DNA of 52,496 nucleotides from an uncultured Candidatus Peribacteria bacterium (GCA_964494005.1 CAZBQE010000001.1:8126-60621); one strand, 5' to 3'; positions 42,125 to 52,496 are shown, counted from the stretch's first letter. Notes: generated by a model from the letters alone, not told the origin. A program made the numbers and translations.

Positions 42125-45100
42125 ATGACAAATCAAATGAATAGCATTGAATCATTACAGACTGAGGTAAATCAGGTAAAGACTGACTTAGATTTGCTTA
42201 AAGCAGTGACTAATGAGACAATAAAACAAACTAAAGCAGAAAGCTTAGCGCAGGATGTTACTGCGACCAAAGAAAAAATCAAAAAAGAACTTGATGCACT
42301 CAAGTGACTTACTGATGCAACATCTTTGGAAAACACAAGAAAACTTGAAGCTATGCTTTTGACATTGGAAACATCGACTACAGAGCTTACTACGCTCAAA
42401 GCAAGCGTTACTACACCTTTGAATTCTTCAGAAGAAACACCATCAGAACTTCAGGAAGAACATAAAGAAGAACAAGAAGATGAAACCAAAGAGAAAAATT
42501 GGATCAAAAGACAATGGGACGGAGTAACGAGCAAAGAAGAATGGAAAACAAACACCTGAGCTAATATTGCTCGTGTAGCATGAGGGATAGGCGCTGTTTC
42601 TTTGGCAGTTCGATGAATCAAAAAACTTTTTGGTCGAGGAAAAAAGAACAAAGAGAAAAAAGAAGGAGAAGAGTCTACAGAAAAAAAAGGATTTCGACAA
42701 AAACCATTAGGTAAATTTCTCAAATGGACAGGAATAGGAACGGGTGCTTATTATCTTATTCATGGCTTTGTTACCGGGAAATGGAATTTAAAAGATTTTT
42801 TCGATTGGAATAAATTAGGTGCGGATAACCATGATGAATCGTGAGAACAAGTAGAATCATATACAGAACGAGCAGAAAAAAATCCTGAACAGAAGGAAAA
42901 ATATGAATCATTTTGAGATACTGTTGATGCTTATTATGAAAGCATATTCGCCAAAGAATTGGATGCAGGATGGGAAGATGACGCTGATATGTCATCGATT
43001 CCAGAAAATGTGGCTGCGAAAAATGAGGGAAAGAATATCGATGTTACGCTCAAAGGTGTTGTTCCGTATTGTATGGATAATAGTTTTTCATCAGTGAAAA
43101 GCATACTTTCCGAAAAAGGTATAGAAGTTGATATCTTTCAAAGAGATATAGCGGAAATCAAGACACGGGTCGTATGATGGATAAAATGAACACTTGGAAA
43201 ATGATTACTATGATTCCTTTCTGTATTGCCGTCTTTTATCGCGAAGGGAATAGGAAGCACTACCGAAGAAAAAGTTGAGAACCGGATAAGCAGCGGAAAA
43301 CGTGAAGACCGTATTGCGGAATTGAAATTCTTTTTCAGACAGCAAGTGAGGATGACGGTCTATCTCAACCAGAAAAAAAATGAATTGATCAAAAAAATAG
43401 CTGAAGAAAAATTAGCAGTGAATAATCCGGAAAATTTCGAAAGTGTCGAAGAGGCATTGAATGACGCTGATCGAGTGGAGAAAGAAATCCTGAATAATGC
43501 GGATTATACCAGTTTTATAAACGGTAGCATACTCAATGCTGTCGATATTATGAGAAAAAGGGATGTCTTTTGAGATACACCTGATGAAGATGTTCAGAAA
43601 GTCGTGGATGAAATAGATACACAAAGAGATGAAATTATGGACGGAACTTGCGGCGATGATATCATCACGAGATGCAAAGCGGATTTTGAAGATGATGGAA
43701 AACTGGAGACAGCAAACTCCACGGTACTTACAGAGTCATGTAGGAATATCATCAACGATATTACAGAAGAAGTGGAATGACCTATGGAAGAATCCATGCG
43801 GAATATCTATGAAGATCTCAGAGATAGCAATGACGCACAGCTCAGACAGTTATTGAAGGAATCTCCGCTACTGAAAATGTTCGGGGATATTAAACAGTGA
43901 TTGGAAGATATGATTTTAAAAATTCAGAACGGAACTTTCACTAAGGAGGATCTGGTATCGTTAAAAAAAGTCGTCAACAATTATTTCGCTTTCAAAAAGG
44001 AATTGATGATAGGGGCGAATACCTTTGAACAGATAAAAGACGAGAATGGAAATATTGTCATAAGCTTAGGAAAATTTTTGCGAGGATGTCTACAGAATAT
44101 CTGAGAAGGATTATTCTGAGGACATGGATTCCGAGAAGGGGCATGATATGTAGTTACGTGAGCGATACCGATATTTACGGTCGTAGCAGGAGTGCTGTGG
44201 TTTAGAAAACCTAAGAATCGATATAAGACGTGAGTGGCAATATACAATACAGTACCAAGAGTAAGCCAATCGCTTCTCCGGACAACGAAGACGATAAATA
44301 GAAAATATATGTGACCGCCGAGTATGATTAGGAAAGCATTTTTTGAGGGTGCTACCGGACCTACAAAGTTGGAGGCTTCATTGATGCAAGGAAATATTTC
44401 TTTGCGCAAAGCTTCGCAGATAGTGGATAACGGCATGAACGGCAAATTCGTTTGAAGAAATACCAAGAGCATCCGATTGACGAGATACGGAGCTAACAAT
44501 AACATCGATACCATCAAGAAGATACTCATGGACAAGATATTTCCGACATTCAAACTTGTGGATGATGAGTTGGAAATGGTGGCCAAGAATTTTGATAACA
44601 GGACATGGAACAAATTGCTTTTGACCAGCACCAACAAGGATACCATTAATCTTATGAAAAAATATGAAGCTTTGCAGGTTTCTGGAGAGAAGAAATTGTT
44701 CTTTGATAAGATATTGGATAGTGGAGATCTGTCTAAATCAGATATCCAGAAGCTCATAAAGTATGCGGATGATATAGATATAAGTAATTTGGAGACAAAA
44801 GAACTTAATAAAATAGCTAAAAAGCTCAGTAAAGAAATCTCTAACCTTGCTGATGCAAATGCAATCAATGCAAAAATAACCGACCTCAAGAAGACAGTCA
44901 ATGTAGTGGATGTTTTGACTGATGCACAAAAGGCATGTCAAAAAATGATAAACAATAAAATAAGTGTATTACAAAAACAGGTGTGAACATTGAGTGGTGT
45001 GGAGAAGAAGATTATGGAATTGGATATTGATAATTTAAGAAAGTTAGCACAAGATATGAAACACTTGCCAGATGATGAGGTGAAGGTTTTAAATAACTTG

Positions 45101-45403
45101 TTGTGAACAAATGTTTCAATGAGATATATAAGTAAAATATTGAGTGTTGATGATCCAATGAAAATTCTTAGTAAAATGAATGCTGCGACAAAAATAGATG
45201 AGTTTGAAATTATCCTGAAAAGTGCAAAAAATGCTGATGTTGATGATATGATCCACGCATTAAAAAGCATTAATAAATTTGATGGATTCCATAAACAATT
45301 TTTGAAAAATGTTGGTGTGATGAGCGATGCTGTACGTACATTGAAAAACTCACAAAAACTAATGAAAACGTTGAAAATTCTCGCAAAAGTGCCTATAATC
45401 TAA
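42125..45403 (+). CDS. giant membrane-anchored helical protein A (1092 aa), unknown function
   Basis: Seven track ORFs in frame 2 (42125, 42326, 42959, 43226, 43901, 44477, 45119) are joined. I translated every gap and found only TGA, no TAA/TAG. Stop is TAA at 45401. It has an N-terminal coiled coil, an acidic tract, hydrophobic hairpins and K/E-rich helical text. Confidence 0.75.
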
Positions 45404-45432
45404 TTTTTATTTGATAATCTTATATATCTACG

Positions 45433-48400
45433 ATGGTTGTAGAGTTGAAGATAGAAAAATTGAAGACTCAAGTAGACCAGATAAAAGCTGACCTTATTTT
45501 TCTACAACAAGAAGCATCAAAAAATGTTGTAGATTCTAAAAAAACAGAAGAATTAGAAAAAGAAGTAAACAAGGTAAAAGCAGATATTCAAAAAGAATTA
45601 GATGAGTTGAAGTGAAAGACTGACCTTTTGTCTTCCAAAAAATCCCAAAAGCTGGAAGAAATGTTGATTACTATAGAGACATCAGCATCAGAATTAGCTA
45701 CACTCAAATTGTGAGTAAGTGAGGATGTGTCTTCTATCGAAGAGGAAGAAGATGAAGAAGAGGAAAAGAAAGAAGAGGGAAAAGGAGAAGATGAAAAAAA
45801 ACCAGTAAAAAATTGGTTTAAACAACAAATAGATGGATTCACTGATTCTACAGAAGAACATCATGGATGGAAAAATGTCGCTCGTGTAGCATGAGGGATA
45901 GGAATAGTGGCAATATGAATTCGAGGAATCAAAAAATTATTTGGATTGGGAAAAAAAGAAAAAGATAAAGAAAAAGATACGTCTCCATCATCAGAAAAAG
46001 AATCGACTGATGAGAAAAAATGATTTTGGGAGAGTTGATTCGGAAAATTTTTTAAACGGACAGGAATCGGAACGGGTGCATATTATATTACGCGTGGACT
46101 TGTGAGCGGTAATCGATGATTCAAAGATTTTTTTAATCGAAAGAAAAAAGAAACAGAGGATGATGCTAAAAAAGAAAAAAATGCTCGAGTAGAAAAACAA
46201 AAACAAGAAGTGGAGGATATAGCTTCTGAAGTTGACAAAGTAAATAATGAACAAGATCCTGATCAACAACATCAAGGTGTGCAAAACATTGAAACGCTTA
46301 TTGTTACCAAAAAAACGACCATAGAACATAAGATTGAAGAATTGGAAAAAGAATGAAAAGAAAAAAATAAACAAGAGATAGAAGAATTGGAGGATATACT
46401 AAAAAAACTTGAAGGATATGAAAATGAAATATACCAAATCGCTGACAGAGAAAGCGTACAATGACCTATTTCTTGAGCAAGTGAAGACATAGAATCTCCA
46501 GAAGAAGATGATGGTTTGAGTCATCGGACTCATGTACCTGGAGCAGCGATAGCGGTGACAGGATGAACAGCTGCAGGCCGATGAACAGCCAAGATTTTAC
46601 AGAAAACAAAACTTGCAGCAGAATCAGTACCAGAAGCAAAGGTGATATCTCAGACAAGAAAAGGATTCGAAAATATAGTACAAGGGCTTGAATATAGGTT
46701 ACTCGATGATCAATTACTGGATGTGCAAAAACAAAATATAAAGAAATCGATACAATATTTCAAAGAGGCAGGAGAAAATGCTGATGTTATAGAAGAATTG
46801 AAAATATGGCAAAAACTTTGAGATAAGTTACCTATAGAGACATTGAACGCTTTGGATATAGATCCGATTTTAGCAAAACAACTAAAAAACTTCTCCAATG
46901 ACGCAGAATTTGTTGAAGCTATAGCAAAAGCTAAAAGTGAAACACAGATAAAAAATATTTTCAAGGCTAGGGGAGTTATTAATGTTCCAGATGATGTAGT
47001 AAAATTATTGAAAACTGCTAAATATGCTAATGAAGTGAAAGCTATTTCTAGGGTACTTTCAGTAACAAGACCGATCAAAGCATTGGGAAGATGATTGAGA
47101 ATGGTTCCGTTTATTGATTTGGCTGCAGGAGGAATAGATGTATGGTTATATTTTATGGAAGCGAGAGAAGCTGATCTTATCAAAAAAACTAATGAACTAA
47201 GATGATCAAACAAACAACAACAAGCAAATATGCATCTTGTACTTGGTGCAATTGATCTCGCTGTCGGGGTAGGTGCAAGTGCTATTATATTTGCTTCAGC
47301 TTGTGCTTCTTCATGACCTCCATGATGGGTGGTAGGTGTTGTAGCTGCTACTGCTGCGTTAGTAACCTGGTGAGTGAGAGAGGTGGCGGATACGTATTAT
47401 TATGAATTGGTTGATTTTTATCTTAGAAACAAAGAAGATTATGTAGAAATGTATAGATGAGAGATTAAATCAGCGATTCTTCAGGCGACTGTTCGTGGGG
47501 ACGATTCTTTTTCTTTGTCATGAACGGAATCGTTTGCTGAGATATTTAATCGAAGCAATAGTATAGATAAAAATAAAAAAGTAACTTTGGAAGACGCATA
47601 TCGAACAATGATATATATTGAAGAAAAAAAGCATTATCCCACAGTTGGAGTACTTAATCCAAATTATCCCAAAGATCCTGATCAACCATTGGAGTGAACG
47701 GATCTCGAACATTATACCAAAGAAAAAGAGAAGTTGGATAAAATTATAGCATTGAGAATGGAATATATCAAAAAGTTTTTGCCACACACTACTACGAGTA
47801 CAGATAAGTCAGATTATAATAAATATATTGCTGATATACAATGAGCGAAGTGAATACATGCGATAGAACAGATTGTGGCAGATTCCAAAACGTATCAATA
47901 TATGAAACAAGATACAGAGTTTGCAGGATACATAGATATAAAAAAATATCAAGCAGCACAAAGAACATCATTAAAAAAAGAGAATGAAGTGTGGTTTGAT
48001 CAATTAGAATCTATGTACAAAAAAGATCCAGCTACGATAGTAGAGTTGTATTATTATGTGATAGAATATGATATGGTAGTCAAAGATGAAGAGAGTTATC
48101 AAAAAGAATATGTATGAGTTTCGTCTCAGATCTCGTTTATCAAAAGATATTATGAATATACACTAGCTCATATTCCACCAGAAAAAAAGATGTTTGTGGG
48201 AAATATTTATGATATTCCTTATACAAAAACAGAAGAAATGCTAAAAAATATGGAATCAGGAAAAATAGACATGAATCCTATGGCATTTACGGAACAAGAC
48301 ATCAAGAAGCGTTTGGTGTATGGACTAGAGATCAATAGATTTGAAGAATCACATGCTGAATATACATCAAATATCGGACAAAATATTATCTATAGAATAG

Positions 48401-50385
48401 CAAAGGAAATACATGGATATGAAGGAGGAAACAATCATCTTGATTTGATACTGTATTTTACGCCAGAGAAAAAAGATTCTTTGGGAATGTATTTTGATGA
48501 TGGCTGGTATATCAATGTAAATAATTGATCAGATAGAGAATTTACATTAAATTTTTTAGATACAGCAACTCCTGAAAATATAGTATATCGATTTTTTGAA
48601 GGGCATGGTTTCACTAGAAATACTATAGATACTATAGATACAAGTACAGAAAATTCTGATGATGTACTTAATTTAGAATACCGTAATAGAGTAAGTAAAA
48701 TTGTTAAGGAAGAAAAAATTTTCCAAACATCAGCAAAAAATCGTGAAGTACAAAAAGAAATAGTAGAATACATCTCTCTCTATGGAAAAGAAGCTTATGT
48801 AAAGTTGCCATATAATTTGATAAATGATGCCAAGAGAGCATGATTAGGGAATGTGGAATATTTTTTCTTTAAATATAGTGGAGGAAATATAGATGCATGC
48901 ACATCCAAAGCATATGTAGATGAAAAAATCAATATCGAATCAATATCATGAGAATGAATACTTTTCAAAAAAATGTATATAGAAAATGTTCGTGAAGAAT
49001 TTTCCGATGAAGAAAAAAAATATATCGAGTATGTTGAATATGCTCATGATAGATTAGCACAACTAAGGGCGATAAAATGAGTATGATCACATGAAGATGA
49101 ATTAGATTTACCTGAAGAGTTTGAAAGACTCATAGGTGATAAATACAAAGAACGGTTAAATTTTAAAGAATCCTTGTTGTGATATGATCCAAACGTAGCA
49201 GCCAAAGAGTTGGTGCAAAAATATGCTATGTATCATGACTATTTTGAGAATTTGTATATGGCTATATTGATAGAAGTATCGTGACGTAAATTTAGTAATG
49301 ATATAGATAGTTATGAATATTTGCTATCTACATTATCACACATGGATATATGATTCTTTGATTTTGAGAAAAAGATATTGAAAGAGGGTATCTTGTCCAA
49401 AAAAGAAACAGAAAAATTGTATAAGATAATAAACGAAAAAAAGATATTTGGAAAAACAATACAAGAGTTGATACAATCATCAGACGAAGAAGAAAGAAAT
49501 AAAGGATTCTGGTGAGCGAAACAGATACTCAAAACATTTTTAGAGTCAAAAACGTTGTCTTTGGATGAAAACGCAAGGATAGAGAACATCAATAGTGGCG
49601 AAATTACAGAGAGAACTTGGGCTTTTGCTCTATGACCTTTTTGACCTGTTGCAGGAATAGCTGCAAATGTAAATTATGATATGAGAAAAAAAACAGTTAT
49701 GGAAGATATGTTGGAAAAAAATCTTAGAGAGGAGTTATATTTATGATATGTGGATATTGATACAAGCAATATAGCAAGTAAAAATCCAGAAGAAATAAAA
49801 GTAAAAAAACTGACAGAAAAGGAACAAAAAACCTACGATATCTCTCTCGAAACACTCAAAATGATAGAGTTAACACAAAATAATGTAGTACGACAAGATC
49901 AAAGAGGAAATCTTATGTTTGACCCAGAAAAAAGTACAATTACCAGTCGATGAGCAACAGTAGGTATAGATGTCGAAGTTATGAAGGTACAAGGATTGGA
50001 TATTGTGTGTAAAGATCTTTTGGAGCTTTTGTATATGGCTAATTTGATCAATTGGGTCAAAGGTAAACTTTTGAAAGAACATCCAAAACATACAGGAGAA
50101 TTCTTTTTTGGTAGAAGAACACGTACATTGTATGTAAATGATTCAACACGAAAAAGTGGACGAATGAATGATACGGATGTGGTAAGTATAGATGCTATAA
50201 AAGAAAAATATCCTAAGTTACTTAGCGATATTAACAAACAAACATTTTTAACTTATATTAATTCATTGTGATTGTCATGATGATCTTCAGTAGCAGCTAC
50301 AGCAAAAAAAATCGGTGATAAATTTGTTGATAAAATAACTGTTGAAGAAAATAAAGTTATAAGAAATGCTTGAGTATATAGATAA
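45433..50385 (+). CDS. giant membrane-anchored helical protein B (1650 aa), N-terminal paralogue of A
   Basis: Frame 1 is continuous from ATG 45433 to TAA 50383. I checked it codon by codon and found dozens of TGA but no TAA/TAG. It joins track ORFs 45433, 46843, 47875, 48190, 49750 and 49981. Confidence 0.75.
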
Positions 50386-50423
50386 TAAAATAAATAAAAT
50401 TTTAATTAATCACATACTATCTC

Positions 50424-51524
50424 ATGACTGAAGAAATTATAGAAGAAAATATTAAGGATTTGATACCTGAGGATATCACTGGTGAAATGAGTGAAGATAT
50501 TTTGACTCTCAAAAAAGAAATAGCCAAAAAATATATAGAGGAGCTCAAAGAAAAAAAAGATATGTGAATATGAAAATTACTTATCGGAGAAGGAAAGTCT
50601 CTCGAAAAATATCTCGTATCAGAAAATAAATGAGATCAGATAGTTGATACTATCAAATGAAATCTGATGGATAAGTTTTTTTGATCAGTAGATAAAGGAT
50701 CTTTTGTGATTGGATGAGTAACTTACAATTCTATTTTTGAGTATCTTAAACCAGTCAAAGAAAAATTGGATAATGCCAAGACGGAAGCAGAACTCAAAAT
50801 TCTAGAAAACGAAATACTTACGGCATCTACGATAGTTGCTCCTGCTGTTATTGCTTCTACAGGAGTTTCGACAAATGAAATACTTCCAGAATCTAAAGAA
50901 GAGATTACTGATAGGAGAGAGGCGGTGCTTGCTAATCTACAGGCGGTTTTGAATCAGGACGAAAAAGATGATATTGAATATAAACGATGAGGTTATAGTT
51001 CTATTGAAGCGTGATTGGATTGTTGAGGATTGATAGTCTATTGTGCCAATCAGGCATGACTGAAGGTTGGGGGAAATAGCAGGGAATTATTTCAGAAATT
51101 TCCGAGCAAAAAATTGGAAGTTGATGATAATGGCGCTATTGTTACTGATGTATCTCAGTTCAAAGAGGGGGATCTCTTGGTATTCGATTCGATCGATCCT
51201 GCATATCATGATACTCCAAAAAATAGATGACGACAGCGCGAAATTATTTGATCTGAGGGACAGAATATCCATCCACATCATTTCGCTTTCATCAAGAGTT
51301 TTGATCGCACAAGAGGGATTATACATATCGTGGAATCAAATGGTTCACAAGGAGTTACCGAAAGCGAATGTAGTATTGCAGACCGATTGGATAAAAACAA
51401 AAAGAAAGAAAAAATATCTAATTTACGGGCTGTTCACGTGAATTACGATGAATTGGAAAAACTTCCAGAAATAGATCTGGCTAATTTAGAAGATCTTCCT
51501 AATGCGAAACGTGCCGCAGCATAA
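50424..51524 (+). CDS. NlpC/P60-family peptidoglycan hydrolase with an N-terminal helical region
   Basis: The C-terminal domain reads EYK-[CGA][TGA]-GYSSIEA-G-LDC-G-GLIVYCANQAGL...EGDLLVFDS...HHFAFIKSF...GIIHIVESNG. This gives the Y-WGG motif and the catalytic Cys/His layout of NlpC/P60. Confidence 0.8.
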
Positions 51525-51529
51525 TTCTT

Positions 51530-52192
51530 TTACACGTCTTTGATGATTTTTTTCACTACGCCAATCACTTTACTTTCATCATACTTACTGACTTCTACAT
51601 TATCGAAAAATCTGTTGACGGACTCGAGATAGAGCTTTCCGTCTTTTTTTATGATTTTCTTGAGTTTAGGTAATTCATTGTGGATGATGAAGACATAATC
51701 ATTCTGATCATAACTCGGTTGTTGCTTTATCAATACTAAATCGCCATCTTGAATCTTTGGTTCCATACTATTTCCTTTTGCTCTGACGAAAAAACATTTG
51801 CTGACGTCTTTGACGCCGAGCATCGCTATCGTTGCTGGGATTTTTTCTTGGGTGTATTCATCGAGGATATTTTTTCATTTATTTCCACATTGAGCGAATC
51901 CGTAGATAGGAAGCTGGACAATATCATTCAAACTATCCGTGATACTCTCCCTGATTAATCTATATCCTTGTTCATCTTTGATGAAATATCCCTTCAAAAC
52001 CAATTGATTCAATTTATTGAGCACGGTCTGCGGATGGCCTGCTCCGATATTGTTCGCGATTTCTCTCAGGGTGATCCCTTCCTGATTCGTGTTTTTTTTG
52101 AAGAAGGTGATAAGGGCTTTTTGGATATTATCTAATTCTTTTTGAACCATAACATGTTGGTGAAAGGGTAAAAGGTTATTTATAATATTCAT
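51530..52192 (-). CDS. lexA: LexA repressor (S24 peptidase)
   Basis: The winged-helix N-terminus reads GITLREIANNIGAGHPQTVLNKLNQLVLKGYF. The cleavage region reads YGFAQCGNK-G-. The protease domain reads VRAKGNSMEPKIQDGDLVLI...KLKK. Two track ORFs are joined through TGA 51875. Confidence 0.88.
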
Positions 52193-52411
52193 TGTTTTTC
52201 CATTTCAGAGGATTGTTTGATATATAGGTATGGATTCTTTCAAAATCACGATCATTGCGGATTACGTGTTCATAATAATTCGATTGTCGTTTGAAGGTAG
52301 GGAGGTGTTTTCTGATTTCTCTTGTAACGGTTCATTTAAATTGGTTGATAGCCAATGATATTGATTTTTTATTCCGAGAACCGAATTTGTTTTCTGTTCG
52401 TAGAGACATGC

Positions 52412-52496
52412 CATGGCGTGTCTCATTTTCTGGGTGATATTCATGGCGTGTCTCATTTTCTGGGTGATATTCATGGCGTGTCTCATTTTCTGGGTG
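52412..52496. repeat. 30-bp direct tandem repeat, 2.8 copies, truncated by the window end
   Basis: The unit catggcgtgtctcattttctgggtgatatt is repeated head to tail. The first copy forms the palindrome gagacatgccatggcgtgtctc with upstream sequence. It is related to the GAGACG element family. Confidence 0.85.

Noticed and set aside
43981-44901. 306-aa minus-strand track ORF
   Set aside because: It is antisense to giant gene A, and its sequence is low-complexity S/L/F-rich text typical of the reverse strand of K/E-rich coding DNA. The plus frame is continuous and paralogous to gene B.
46710-47213. 167-aa minus-strand track ORF, and the similar ORFs 45991-46374, 44938-45270 and 49899-50237
   Set aside because: They are antisense shadows of giant genes A and B. 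The composition is low-complexity and no motifs are present.
42125-51524. Reading the giant genes plus hydrolase and the adjacent S24 repressor as a prophage tail module (tape-measure plus endolysin plus CI)
   Set aside because: There are no capsid, terminase, portal, integrase or att-like features in the window. The repressor has a LexA-type winged-helix domain rather than a CI-type HTH. The giants share a membrane-anchor module that is unusual for tape-measure proteins. This remains a formal alternative until the rest of the contig is seen.
52262-52486. 74-aa minus-strand track ORF (MRHAMNITQK repeats) as a real gene upstream of lexA
   Set aside because: Its 5' part is entirely the 30-bp tandem repeat derived from a non-coding element family, and the remainder has no recognisable features. 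It cannot be excluded because the window ends here.
1-52496. Reading the fragmented same-frame ORFs as pseudogenes or frameshifts, or as TGA=Trp (code 4)
   Set aside because: The interruptions are always TGA, never TAA/TAG, and the frame never shifts. The TGA fall on invariant Gly (GHGGTLDP, GPEGG, Walker A GxxGxGKS), where Trp is implausible.
52412-52496. Possible start of a CRISPR array
   Set aside because: The repeats are directly adjacent with no spacers, no cas genes are nearby, and the unit is related to a dispersed palindromic element.

Overview
AT-rich, gene-dense window, apparently from an uncultivated CPR bacterium of the SR1/Absconditabacteria-Gracilibacteria type. The standard-code ORF track is badly fragmented because in-frame TGA is a sense codon here. 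It sits at invariant Gly positions: valS EF-G-TG, truB GH-G-GTLDP, rsmE GPE-G-G, uvrA Walker A IT-G-VSGSGKS. This fits translation table 25. CGA and CGG also sit at invariant Trp positions in at least ten unrelated families and in two within-window paralogue pairs, while AGA/AGG/CGT carry the conserved Arg. I therefore read the window as TGA=Gly and CGA/CGG=Trp. All coordinates below come from that re-translation and include the stop codon (only TAA/TAG terminate). About 50 genes result. Housekeeping genes are valS, folA, truB, recX, uvrA, murE, rsmE, ruvX, tsaB, lexA, a sufS-like gene, a YebC-family regulator, a guanine deaminase, and DUF59, DUF58, DUF212 and DUF1846 proteins. Cell-wall genes are a FemAB-family transferase, murE, an FtsQ-like gene, a possible GH23 enzyme and an NlpC/P60 hydrolase. 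There is one two-component system, and many lipoproteins and membrane proteins of unknown function. Three envelope blocks stand out. (i) 20.9-22.7 kb: two VirB2/TrbC-like pilins plus a protein resembling only the N-terminal domain of VirB4. (ii) 27.6-33.2 kb: two tandem paralogous polytopic VirB6/TrbL-like proteins (651 and 840 aa) plus a secreted possible lytic transglycosylase. (iii) 42.1-51.5 kb: an operon-like trio of two paralogous giant membrane-anchored helical proteins (1092 and 1650 aa) and an NlpC/P60 hydrolase. No secretion ATPase is visible in the window. Intergenic DNA is dominated by several dispersed repeat families: heptad-periodic imperfect palindromes, AATTAC-punctuated mini-hairpin arrays, a GTAGAGACG element, a GTCATTGCGAG element and a GC-rich inverted repeat. 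Three of the palindromes are inserted in frame inside uvrA. I recognised no rRNA, tRNA, CRISPR array, transposase or integrase. Functional calls rest on motif recognition by eye, not database searches.
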